64,000 bases of DNA from an uncultured Spirochaetota bacterium (lineage in GTDB: Bacteria; Spirochaetota; UBA4802; UBA5550), in NCBI GenBank assembly GCA_963827275.1, contig CAWHAA010000006.1, positions 96,001-160,000 of the forward strand, read 5' to 3'. Below the pieces are notes generated by a model. That model had not been told where the DNA came from. It did not search any database and saw only the letters and a list, made by a program, of their open reading frames with translations. Positions 1 through 8,621 of this stretch are shown here, piece after piece. Every line of letters starts with the position of its first letter. The first letter of the stretch is position 1. The position numbers and the translations under genes were made by a program.

Positions 1-420
1 GGCGAGTCCGGTCCGGTAGATCGCCTCGGGGAGAAAGATCGGCTCGATCAGCACCATCTTCTCCGCGGCAAGGCCTTCCGTGGCGCTGGCGATCGCCGTG
101 ACCGTCGCGCCCATGCTGTGACCGGCCATGTAGGGCCTCTCGAGGCCGAGCCCGCGGCACAGGGCGGCCAGGTCTGAAGCGAGGAGCTTCCAGCTCAGGC
201 CGCCCTCCTCGGGCTCTGCGGACCGATGATCGCAGAAGTAGGGGGCGATGATGCGGAAGCGCGGCCAGAGGGCCTGCGCGATCGGGTGCCAGAGCCAGGG
301 GAGGAACCCCGTGGCGTGAAGGAGCACGAGGGCCGGTCCTTCCGACGGATAATGGAGGTACTGTATCTCGATGCCGCCGATGTCCTGGCGCAGTATTTCA
401 GGCTCAATGCGGACCGACAT
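1..420 (-). CDS. alpha/beta-fold hydrolase (3' end truncated by window edge)
   Basis: Not in the ORF track. Manual translation from ATG at 420 gives MSVRIEPEILRQDIGGIEIQYLHYPSEGPALVLLHATGFLPWLW...PYMAGHSMGATVT...LIEP, with the GxSxG nucleophile motif (GHSMG); the frame is open to position 1. Confidence 0.88.
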   Translation of the reverse strand, partial: MSVRIEPEILRQDIGGIEIQYLHYPSEGPALVLLHATGFLPWLWHPIAQALWPRFRIIAPYFCDHRSAEPEEGGLSWKLLASDLAALCRGLGLERPYMAGHSMGATVTAIASATEGLAAEKMVLIEPIFLPEAIYRTGLA

Positions 421-425
421 GACGC

Positions 426-812
426 TCAAACCTTTCTGGCGTCGCCCGACAGGGGACGGATGCCGATGATCTTGAAGTAGACGAGGAACCGGTCTTTCCC
501 TCCCTCGTCATCCGAGTCGGCCCGCTTTTTTCTCCGCAGCTCTTCTATGAGCGGGCTGTTCCTCTCTTCGCCGCATTTTTCTATATAGAGGCGCGTCCCG
601 TGGAAGCCGTCGTCTTCCTTGAAGAGGTAGACCGCCTTCGGGTTTGACTGGAGGTTCTTGTGGCTCCGCTTGTCCGCCATGATGAACGCGATGGTCTCAA
701 AATCGATGCAGTGGGGCCGTGAATAGAGAGCGGCGTCGACATTGCCGTCGGAATCGGCGGTTGAGAGGATGCCAAAACCGCGCGCGGTCTCAAAATATTC
801 TTTCATTTCCAT
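426..812 (-). CDS. pyridoxamine 5'-phosphate oxidase-like FMN-binding family protein
   Basis: 128 aa with LSTADSDGNVDAALYSRPH and SHKNLQSNPKAVYLF motifs typical of the PNPOx-like split barrel. Confidence 0.8.
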   Translation of the reverse strand: MEMKEYFETARGFGILSTADSDGNVDAALYSRPHCIDFETIAFIMADKRSHKNLQSNPKAVYLFKEDDGFHGTRLYIEKCGEERNSPLIEELRRKKRADSDDEGGKDRFLVYFKIIGIRPLSGDARKV

Positions 813-884
813 AGATGCTTCCCTTAATTATAAAAAGAGGCCATGGTCATTGTCCTGTCAAGATTAAATTCGACGGGACGCGCA

Positions 885-1892
885 TCAGGACTGCTTCGTG
901 TCGGTGCAGACGGGATCCAGCATTCCCTGGGACCGGAACCATTCCAGGGTGTCGCGGACGGTCTCCTCGATCGGACGGGTACGGTAGCCCAGCTCGCGCG
1001 CGGCCTTCTCGTGGGAGATGGAGCGGTGGCTCTCAAGGGTCTTGAGGGCGATGGGAGTGAATTTCGTTGTCAGCTTGAGCGATTTCGCCACCGCGGTCAC
1101 ACAGTACGCGGGCATCCGGCAGAGCCACAGGGGCGTCGCAAACTGCGGGGTCTTTCGGCAGAAGGCCTCTGAAACTATCCGGGCGATTTCGCACACGTGG
1201 TGCCAGCCCCCGCTCGCCAGGTAGCATTCCCCGGGCCGTCCCTTCTCCGCCGCCGCGAGCGCGCAGGCCGCCACGTCCCGCGCGTCGACCCAGTCGTACC
1301 CGCCGTCTATGAGGACAGGATAGCGGTTATGGTATATGCTGAGGAGCACCTCGCCCATGCGCGACGGCTTGAAATCCATGGGCCCGAGCACTGCGGTGGG
1401 ATTGACCACCACCGCGTTGAGCCCGCGGTCGACCGATTTCATCACTTCGAGCTGGCTCAGCGCCTTGGAGCGGTCATAAGGAAACGCGTTTTTACCAAGG
1501 GCGAGCGCCCGTGTTTCATCTATGGTCTCGCTTTCGGGGTATGACGAAAAAGCGTGGATCGAGCTGAAATGGACCAGCCTCCGTACGCGGTTTTTAATGC
1601 ACGCCTCGATCACGTTGCGGGTGCCCCCGATATTGATCCTGTCGACCATGCCCCCCTCGTCGCCGATGATGGAGATCATCGCCGCCGCGTGGAACACCGT
1701 GTCGGCGCCGTCGCATAATTTCATGAGCGAGTCGGTATCCAGCACGTCCCCGGTGACGATCTCCACGTCAAGCCCCTGGATGGCCCTGAGGTCTTTGCGC
1801 GCGAGCACGCGCACGGCACTTCCCCCGTCAAGGAGGGCGCGCACAAGGTTGGCCCCCACATGGCCGGTGGCGCCGGTTACTGCAACTGTCAT
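885..1892 (-). CDS. NAD-dependent epimerase/dehydratase (dihydroflavonol-reductase-like extended SDR)
   Basis: VTGATGHVG Rossmann motif, FHAAA, HFSS, YDRSK (YxxxK) and VDARDVA. Confidence 0.88.
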   Translation of the reverse strand: MTVAVTGATGHVGANLVRALLDGGSAVRVLARKDLRAIQGLDVEIVTGDVLDTDSLMKLCDGADTVFHAAAMISIIGDEGGMVDRINIGGTRNVIEACIKNRVRRLVHFSSIHAFSSYPESETIDETRALALGKNAFPYDRSKALSQLEVMKSVDRGLNAVVVNPTAVLGPMDFKPSRMGEVLLSIYHNRYPVLIDGGYDWVDARDVAACALAAAEKGRPGECYLASGGWHHVCEIARIVSEAFCRKTPQFATPLWLCRMPAYCVTAVAKSLKLTTKFTPIALKTLESHRSISHEKAARELGYRTRPIEETVRDTLEWFRSQGMLDPVCTDTKQS

Positions 1893-2161
1893 GGCACGGT
1901 ACCTCTCGTAGCCCCGCGCCGGGTGATATCTCGAAAACAGTGCGGCGCGGCAGGCGTAAAAATTATTCCCTATTGTAGTCCGGAGCCTCAGAAATCAAGT
2001 TAAAAATGATTCCGGCGCCAATCATTGCCGTGAATGCGCGCTTCCTGAAGCTACGGGGTCGCCGGCCGAACAATAAAAATGGCATGCCGGATAAAAAATA
2101 CTTGCAAAACCGGGCGTTCGAATTTGTACATTAAGAAGTTTTTTTACATGGAGGGACCGCT

Positions 2162-3079
2162 ACGAGCGTACTTGATGCGATTGGAAACACTCCCATGGTC
2201 GGCATTAACCGGATCTGGGATGAAAGTGAAACCGGGGTGCGCATCCTTGCCAAACTCGAAGGGGCGAACCCGGGCGGCTCGGTAAAAGACCGGCCGGCGT
2301 ATTACATGATCAAGAAGGCCATAGAGTCGGGAGAGCTCACCAGGGACAAGGTGATACTGGAGCCGACGTCCGGCAACACGGGAATCGGCATGGCGATGAT
2401 TGCATCGGCCATGGGCTACAGGATAAAGCTGACCATGCCCTCGTGCGTGAGCGAAGAGCGCCGCTCGATTCTTATCGCCATGGGGGCGGAGCTTGAGCTC
2501 ACCCCGGGCTGCGACAAGACTGACGGCGCCATCACGCGGGCGCACCATATAGTGGACCACTTCCACGAAAAGTACTACATGCCCAACCAGTTCGGGAACC
2601 CGGCCAACTGGATGGCCCATTATGAGACCACCGCGCCTGAAATAGTGCGGGACACGAAGGGGGAGGTGGACTTCTTCGTCGCCGGCATGGGCACCACCGG
2701 GACGCTGATGGGCTGTTCCCGCTACTTCAGGGAGCACAATCCGAGGACGAAGGCCGTGGGCATTGAGCCGGTGCTGAACCACCGGATACAGGGATTGAAG
2801 AACATGAACGAGTCAATCGTGCCCGCCATCTATGACCCGGCATTGCTTGACCGCAAAATCGTATGCACGGACGATGATGCGTTTGACACGACACGCAACC
2901 TGGCCCTCATGGAGGGGCTCTTCTGCGGGATGTCGAGCGGCGCCGCAATGTGGGGCGCCATGGCCGTGGCGAGGGACCTGCCGCGCGGCGCCACCGTGGT
3001 CGTCCTTTTCCCGGACCGCGGCGACCGGTATCTGTCGACCGAGGTCTTCAGGTCCGTGTGCGCCATCTGCCCGCCCTGA
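2162..3079 (+). CDS. cysM: cysteine synthase (O-acetylserine sulfhydrylase)
   Basis: KLEGANPGGSVKDR (PLP lysine), EPTSGNTG, GMGTTGT and PDRGDRYLST. The conserved N-terminus SVLDAIGNTPMV extends upstream of the track ATG (2195) to an ACG at 2162; the start is uncertain. Confidence 0.92.
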   Translation, partial: TSVLDAIGNTPMVGINRIWDESETGVRILAKLEGANPGGSVKDRPAYYMIKKAIESGELTRDKVILEPTSGNTGIGMAMIASAMGYRIKLTMPSCVSEERRSILIAMGAELELTPGCDKTDGAITRAHHIVDHFHEKYYMPNQFGNPANWMAHYETTAPEIVRDTKGEVDFFVAGMGTTGTLMGCSRYFREHNPRTKAVGIEPVLNHRIQGLKNMNESIVPAIYDPALLDRKIVCTDDDAFDTTRNLALMEGLFCGMSSGAAMWGAMAVARDLPRGATVVVLFPDRGDRYLSTEVFRSVCAICPP

Positions 3080-3144
3080 TGAGGAATTGAACCGTTCGCA
3101 TCGGCGTTGTGCGTCACATCATACGACAGATACAGGAGGCGCAT

Positions 3145-4101
3145 ATGAAATGCGGCATCAACAGCAACGAAGGCGACCGCCTGTCGGAAGAAGACATCAA
3201 CGCCATAGTGCGCGAGCTCTGCGCGCCGGAGTCCTACCGCGCGGTGTACCACCGCACCTACCATGACTTCCCCATGCCGTCCGTGGATGCGCTCAGGGAG
3301 ACGGTGGACCTTGTCAAGTCCGTCCTCTTCCCCGGCTATTTCATCAATTCAGACGTCAGGCCGGAGACGATGAAATACCATATCGGATCAACGCTTGAAC
3401 GGATTTATCTTCACCTCGCGGAGCAGATCAAGCGGGGGTACTGCTTTTCGTGCGCGGACGCGGGTGATACTGACCATGAATGCGAAGACTGCGAGCGCCG
3501 TTCAAAGGAAGTCGCTTCGAAGTTCCTCCAGTCGCTCACCCGGCTCAGGCGATTGCTCACCCTGGATGCGCAGGCTGCGTACAGCGGCGACCCGGCGGCA
3601 AAGGGGGTCGGAGAGACCATCTTCTGCTATCCAAGCATCACGGCGCTCGCCAACCACCGCATCGCCCATGAGCTCTACTGCCTGGAGGTGCCGCTCATCC
3701 CCCGGATCATATCGGAGATGGCCCATTCTGAGACCGGCATCGATATCCATCCCGGGGCGAAGATCGGCGAGTCCTTCTTCATTGACCACGGCACCGGCAC
3801 GGTCATCGGAGAGACCGCCGTCATCGGCAGCAATGTAAGGATCTACCAGGGGGTGACCCTGGGAGCGAAGAGCTTTCCCCTTGACCCGTCGGGGAACCCG
3901 ATCAAGGGGGTGCCGCGGCATCCCATCGTCGAGGACGACGTCATCATCTATTCCGGCGCGACCATCCTCGGCCGCGTGACGATCGGGAAGGGCGCGGAGG
4001 TGGGGGGCAATGTATGGCTTACCCGCGACGTGCCGGCAGGCGCCCGCATAGTGCAGGGGAGGCCGGAGGAGAGCCTTTTCAGGGACGGGCTGGGAATCTG
4101 A
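3145..4101 (+). CDS. cysE: serine O-acetyltransferase (long, EpsC-type)
   Basis: GDPAA, CYP, TGIDIHPGAKIG, IDHGTGTVIGET, YQGVTLGA, RHP and hexapeptide repeats; GGAGG precedes ATG 3145. Confidence 0.93.
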   Translation: MKCGINSNEGDRLSEEDINAIVRELCAPESYRAVYHRTYHDFPMPSVDALRETVDLVKSVLFPGYFINSDVRPETMKYHIGSTLERIYLHLAEQIKRGYCFSCADAGDTDHECEDCERRSKEVASKFLQSLTRLRRLLTLDAQAAYSGDPAAKGVGETIFCYPSITALANHRIAHELYCLEVPLIPRIISEMAHSETGIDIHPGAKIGESFFIDHGTGTVIGETAVIGSNVRIYQGVTLGAKSFPLDPSGNPIKGVPRHPIVEDDVIIYSGATILGRVTIGKGAEVGGNVWLTRDVPAGARIVQGRPEESLFRDGLGI

Positions 4102-4102
4102 C

Positions 4103-5452
4103 TTACTTTGCGCGGAGCATCTTCTGCGCGGCGGCGTTTACCGGGTCCCATACCGGGGAGAAGGGGGGCGCGTAGCCGAGGTCAAGATACGCGACGTTTT
4201 CCACTTTCATCTTTGCCGCTACTGCCGCTGCGACCGTGTTGATGCGCAGCGCGGCGCCGTCAGTGCCGGCGATCTCGCCGCCGATAAGCTCCCGCGAGTG
4301 CGAGTTGATGGTAAGGGACACGCTGATCCTGCCTGACGCGGGGTAGTATCCCGCCTTCGACCGCCACAGTACCGAGGACGATTCGGAAGGGATGCCGGCG
4401 CGCCACGCGTCAGCCTCGTTCAGCCCTGTTTTCCCCACCTCGAGGTCGAACACCTTCACCATCTGCGAGCCTACGATCCCGGGAAAGGCCTCGTCTTCCA
4501 CCCCGGCCGCCTGGAGCCCCGCGACGCGTCCCTGCTTGTTCGCCGTGGTGCCCAGCGGCATGTAGGCGTTTTCACCGGTCACGAGGTGCTTCACCGTTGC
4601 GCAGTCGCCTGCGGCGTAGACATCCGGCCGGCTGGTGCGCGATTTCTCATCGACGATGATCGCGCCCCGGTCGTTCATCTGTATGCCGGCCCCCTTGAGG
4701 AACGCGGTGTTAGGCGCGATACCAGTGGAGACGATGACGAGGTTGGCCTCGTAGCGCTCCCCGCTCGCGCTAACGGCGAGGCCCGCCGCCGAATGCGTTA
4801 TCCCTGATATGTCGGCGCCGGTCACCACGGCGACATCATTGACGCGGAGCGTCTCGGATATGATGCTCCGGATCACCGGGGAGAGGGGCATGGCCACAGA
4901 CTCGAATTTCTCAAGTATGACCGTTTCAATTGAGCGCTTCCTGAATGCCTCGGCCATTTCGAGACCGATGAAGCCGCCGCCGATGATGATGCCTCTCCGG
5001 GGGGAGCGTTCGTCGATGTATTTTTTTATCGCGATCCCGTCTGACAGGGCCCGCAGGAAAAATATATTCGGTGAATCGATACCGTCGATGGGGGGGGCTA
5101 CCGGGCGGGCGCCGGTCGCGATGACAAGCTTCCGGTACGCGAGGGTCTCGGTTCCTGCCGCGGAGGCTACCGAGACAGTCCGGGCGTCGCAATCGACGGC
5201 GGTCGCTTCTGTATTCAGGCGTATCTCTATATTACGGTCGTTAATATATTCGTCGATATCGATCGCGATAAGGTTTTCCGGCGTTTTGACATCATCGCCG
5301 ATATAGTAGGGCATACCGCAGGCGGCGTATGAAACGTGCGCGCTTTTTTCGAGCACGGCGATTGACAGGGCTTCGGAGGTCCTGCGCGCCTGTGATGCCG
5401 CGCTCATCCCCGCAGCATCACCGCCGATGACGAGAATATCATATTTCTTCAT
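4103..5452 (-). CDS. cdr: CoA-disulfide reductase / NADH oxidase family flavoprotein
   Basis: GGDAAGMSAA FAD motif, SYAACGMPY redox Cys, GGGFIGLE NADH motif, YAAGDC and LGYAPPFSPVWDP. Confidence 0.88.
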   Translation of the reverse strand: MKKYDILVIGGDAAGMSAASQARRTSEALSIAVLEKSAHVSYAACGMPYYIGDDVKTPENLIAIDIDEYINDRNIEIRLNTEATAVDCDARTVSVASAAGTETLAYRKLVIATGARPVAPPIDGIDSPNIFFLRALSDGIAIKKYIDERSPRRGIIIGGGFIGLEMAEAFRKRSIETVILEKFESVAMPLSPVIRSIISETLRVNDVAVVTGADISGITHSAAGLAVSASGERYEANLVIVSTGIAPNTAFLKGAGIQMNDRGAIIVDEKSRTSRPDVYAAGDCATVKHLVTGENAYMPLGTTANKQGRVAGLQAAGVEDEAFPGIVGSQMVKVFDLEVGKTGLNEADAWRAGIPSESSSVLWRSKAGYYPASGRISVSLTINSHSRELIGGEIAGTDGAALRINTVAAAVAAKMKVENVAYLDLGYAPPFSPVWDPVNAAAQKMLRAK

Positions 5453-5574
5453 AGTGGGCCTCCGGCAATGAACACGTTGGTTGTCATGGATCGCATAATC
5501 GTGTCAAAAGTCGCAAAAAACGATGAATAAGTCAATAAAAATTAAAGAAAAATCTAAAATACTTAATGCCTTGC

Positions 5575-5603
5575 TTGACGGAGTACCTATTGTTAAGTAT
5601 ATT
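5575..5603 (+). promoter_or_regulatory. sigma70-type promoter for the HesB-like gene
   Basis: TTGACG (5575-5580), 17-nt spacer, TATATT (5598-5603), 30 nt upstream of AGGAGG-agATG. Confidence 0.6.
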
Positions 5604-5632
5604 CTAAATAAATAATATACCGTCAGGAGGAG

Positions 5633-5938
5633 ATGGTGAAAATAGAAATTACGAAAACAGCCCAGGACAAGCTGGGGAAAGTCTTTGCCGAGTCAAAATT
5701 GAAACTCCCGGCCCTCAGGGTTACGTTTGCTGGATTTGGTTGAGGAGGGCCCCGTCTGGGACTGGCTCTGGATGAGCTGGAAGAGACCACAGATACCATC
5801 GTTGAAACCGGCGGGTTCAAGGTGCTCGTAGACGAGAAGGTAAAGCACCATCTCGAGAGCATCCCGGAAACCACCGTGGATTATATCGAGTCGCGGTATG
5901 GTGCGGGCTTTGTCATACAGGGAGGTTCTACCTGTTAA
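5633..5938 (+). CDS. HesB/IscA-like selenoprotein (UGA read as selenocysteine at codon 37)
   Basis: Not in the ORF track. AGGAGG, then ATG 5633/GTG 5636: MVKIEITKTAQDKLGKVFAESKLKLPALRVTFAGFG-TGA(5741)-GGPRLGLALDELEETTDTIVETGGFKVLVDEKVKHHLESIPETTVDYIESRYGAGFVIQGGSTC-TAA. GFGUGGPxLGLALDE is the HesB-like selenoprotein signature. Confidence 0.9.
5744..5780 (+). promoter_or_regulatory. candidate bacterial SECIS element
   Basis: Hairpin CTGGCTC-[TGGAT]-GAGCTGG (5762-5780). The apical loop starts 26 nt after the in-frame TGA and has G in its second position, fitting the bacterial SECIS consensus. Confidence 0.7.
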
Positions 5939-5974
5939 GGCCCGCAATTCTTCAATGATAACGCATAAAAATAT

Positions 5975-6006
5975 AAAAAAGGGGCTGTCAATCGACAGCC
6001 CCTTTT
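5975..6006. terminator. bidirectional intrinsic terminator
   Basis: AAAAAA-GGGGCTGTC-aatc-GACAGCCCC-TTTT, a perfect 9-bp stem with A- and T-tracts, between the convergent hesB-like and rbr genes. Confidence 0.88.
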
Positions 6007-6030
6007 GATTTTCACAACGCGGTCGCTGCA

Positions 6031-6606
6031 TTAAAAATTATCATCCAGAAGCTCAAAGTACGGCTGCGCATGCAGGCAGGCCGGACAGGCGTCCGGTGCG
6101 CTTTCGCCGTCATGGACATACCCGCAGTTCCTGCATTTCCACTTCGTCTTCTCTTTTTTCTTGAAAACGGTGCCGTCCTTGATGTTTTTCAGCAGCGCAA
6201 GATAACGCTGCTCATGGTGCTTCTCGACCTCTGCAATCCTCCGCCAGCAGATGGCGATGTCCTTGAACCCCTCCTGCTCGGCGATGTCCGCGAAGGCCGG
6301 ATAGAGCTTGGTATGCTCCTCGTTTTCACCCATGGCCGCCGCCTTGAGGTTGTCTGCCGTGGAGCCGATGACCCCTGCGGGATAGGCGGCCGTTATCTCC
6401 ACGTCCCCGCCCTCGAGGAACTTGAAGAAGCGTTTCGCGTGCTCCTTCTCATTGTCAGCCGTCTCGAGGAATATCGCCGCTATCTGCTCGTACCCGTCCT
6501 TTTTCGCCTGCGAAGCGAAATAGGTATATCGGGTCCGCGCCTGTGATTCACCGGCGAACGAGGCCAGCAGGTTTTTTTCAGTCTTGGTGCCTTTGATGCT
6601 CTTCAT
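6031..6606 (-). CDS. rbr: rubrerythrin
   Basis: [22 protein letters not shown] di-iron ligands; C-terminal CRNCG...CPAC rubredoxin-like domain. Confidence 0.96.
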   Translation of the reverse strand: MKSIKGTKTEKNLLASFAGESQARTRYTYFASQAKKDGYEQIAAIFLETADNEKEHAKRFFKFLEGGDVEITAAYPAGVIGSTADNLKAAAMGENEEHTKLYPAFADIAEQEGFKDIAICWRRIAEVEKHHEQRYLALLKNIKDGTVFKKKEKTKWKCRNCGYVHDGESAPDACPACLHAQPYFELLDDNF

Positions 6607-6638
6607 TAAAATCTCCTTGTAATGATATTCTTGTTATA

Positions 6639-7160
6639 CTATACGGCAAGCCCGGTATAGAGGGCCATGTTCAGCGCGCGCTGGGCGAGCTCACGGTCCT
6701 TCATAAGCATGCCGTTGCCGTCGTCTTTTATAAGCTTGAGCTCGTCCAGGATCTCCAGCGCCGATGCCTCTTCCTCGACCTGCTCTGCCACGAACCACTG
6801 GAGCATCTGGTTGGATGCGTGGTCCTTCTCGGCGATGGACAGATCGACCAGGCCGTTTATCAGGCCCGTGACCTTCTGCTCGTGCCTGTAAACCTCTTCG
6901 AATACATGTTCCGGCGACTTCCAGTCGGTCGGCGGCCCGTCGATGGGTTTCAGCATCACTTTGCCGCCCCTGTCGAACAGGTACTGGTAGAATTTCCTCG
7001 AGTGGGCGAATTCCTCGGCGGCCTGCACCTCCATCCAGTGCGCGAAGCCCTTGAGCCCCTTGTTCTGGAAGTAGGACATCATCGACAGGTACAGGTAGCC
7101 GGAATACTGTTCGGCGTTGATCTGGCTGTTTATTGCCTCTTCGACTTTCTTGTTTATCAT
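6639..7160 (-). CDS. ftnA: non-heme ferritin
   Basis: QINAE..S.YLYLSM, EEFAH, HEQKVT, LQWFVAEQVEEE ferroxidase centre. Confidence 0.94.
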   Translation of the reverse strand: MINKKVEEAINSQINAEQYSGYLYLSMMSYFQNKGLKGFAHWMEVQAAEEFAHSRKFYQYLFDRGGKVMLKPIDGPPTDWKSPEHVFEEVYRHEQKVTGLINGLVDLSIAEKDHASNQMLQWFVAEQVEEEASALEILDELKLIKDDGNGMLMKDRELAQRALNMALYTGLAV

Positions 7161-7177
7161 GCGTCACTCTCCCGTGC

Positions 7178-7555
7178 TCACTTTTTCCATAATCCGTGGA
7201 TGTTGCAGTATTCCCGTACCGTGGCCTTTTCATCGACGCAGCAGAACTCGGCTTCCGGCGCCTGTCCGGGCTTCAGGAACTTCCGGTTTGACGTCCCGTC
7301 GGCGGCGATCACCTGGATCCACTCGATGTAGTGCTTCTCTTCCATGGGGTGGGCTACAGACCCGATTTTAGCCAGGATACCGTTGCCAGACTTGCTTACA
7401 TCCGGCACGTGCTTCTCCTTGGCTGCGTCAACGGTGTTTTCTGTTATAAGGGTCATGTCCTGGCCGCAGCAGACCAGCGTGCCGGCGCCCTCATGCAGCA
7501 CCTCGACGATGTTCCCGCATACCTGGCATTTGTACACTTGCAGTCTTGTTGTCAT
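7178..7555 (-). CDS. dfx: desulfoferrodoxin (2Fe superoxide reductase)
   Basis: CQVCGN...LVCCG desulforedoxin domain; [17 protein letters not shown] and CNIHG SOR site. Confidence 0.96.
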   Translation of the reverse strand: MTTRLQVYKCQVCGNIVEVLHEGAGTLVCCGQDMTLITENTVDAAKEKHVPDVSKSGNGILAKIGSVAHPMEEKHYIEWIQVIAADGTSNRKFLKPGQAPEAEFCCVDEKATVREYCNIHGLWKK

Positions 7556-7616
7556 GTTGATTCCTCCATTGATTGTGTTTATTGCGGGGCTGTCCCGGAG
7601 GGCAGGCCCGCTGCAT

Positions 7617-8621
7617 CTACAGCTTCACTCTCCCCCTGAAGATGCGATAGGAATATATGGTATATCCGACCACGACCGGCATCCCGATAAGGGCAATGAT
7701 GAGCATGACGGTCAGGGTCAGCTGGCTTGACGATGAATTGTATATTGTTATACCCAGTTCCGTCCCCTGGGTTGCGCGGACCAGGGCGGGAAACTGGAGC
7801 GATCCGGCAATGCCCCAGAGCGAGGCAAAAAACAGGGATGACGCGGCAAAGGTCCTTCCGTCGCTATCGCGCCCGATCAGCGCCCTGTACGCGATGAGTG
7901 AGACAATCGCTACCGCTGCGCAGGCCCAGGCAATGGCGTTTTCCATGCTGCCCGGCAGGTAGACGGCCGAGAGGATGAGTGTGACCGGGAAGATCACGGC
8001 GGCGAAAAGCCATGCCTTTTTGGCGACGCTCTTTGCCCTCTCCTTCAGCGCGTCCCCGGTCTTGAGCGCCGCGTAGGCGCACCCCTGGAGAAGGATCGCC
8101 GACAGGCCGAGAAGGCCGATGGCGACCGGGAAGGGGCGCAGCAGGGTGAAGAAGCTGCCGGTGAACTCCATACCTTCGTCCAGCGGAATGCCGAGGATAA
8201 CATTGCCCAGGGCCACGCCGAAGAGGAGCGAGGGGAGGGCGCTGCCGGCGGTGAAGGTCCATTTCCAGAGCCCGCGGCGTTTTTCGTCGAGGGACCAGAA
8301 TTCAAGCGATACCGCCCGCAGTATGAGCGCGAAGAGAACGAGCATCAGGGCGAGGTAAAACCCGCTGAAGACCGTGGCGTAGGCGTGGGGAAAGGCCGCG
8401 AAGAGGGCGCCGCCCCCCGTCAGGAGCCAGACCTCGTTGCCGTCCCATACCGGGCCGATCGCGGTGAACAGTGACGCCAGATCCTTCCTGTCGCGGGCCA
8501 GGACGGGGAGGAGAGTCCCGATACCGAGGTCAAAGCCGTCCAGGAGGGAATAGCCGATGAAAAGTACGCCGATGAGAAAAAACCAGGTGATCTGTAGCAT
8601 CTGTAATGTTTCCATGCTCAT
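7617..8621 (-). CDS. cydB: cytochrome bd quinol oxidase subunit II
   Basis: [41 protein letters not shown]; start set at the ATG overlapping the cydA stop (ATGA), alternatively 8615. Confidence 0.95.
   Translation of the reverse strand: MSMETLQMLQITWFFLIGVLFIGYSLLDGFDLGIGTLLPVLARDRKDLASLFTAIGPVWDGNEVWLLTGGGALFAAFPHAYATVFSGFYLALMLVLFALILRAVSLEFWSLDEKRRGLWKWTFTAGSALPSLLFGVALGNVILGIPLDEGMEFTGSFFTLLRPFPVAIGLLGLSAILLQGCAYAALKTGDALKERAKSVAKKAWLFAAVIFPVTLILSAVYLPGSMENAIAWACAAVAIVSLIAYRALIGRDSDGRTFAASSLFFASLWGIAGSLQFPALVRATQGTELGITIYNSSSSQLTLTVMLIIALIGMPVVVGYTIYSYRIFRGRVKL

Noticed and set aside
3077..3082. Possible Sec read-through at the cysteine synthase TGA after CAICPP
   Set aside because: Two tandem TGA codons, no SECIS-like hairpin noticed, and the protein is already full length.
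5623..6031. Minus-strand ORFs 5623-5874 and 5693-6031 in the track
   Set aside because: They are antisense shadows of the plus-strand selenoprotein gene, which has the promoter, SD, family motif and terminator.
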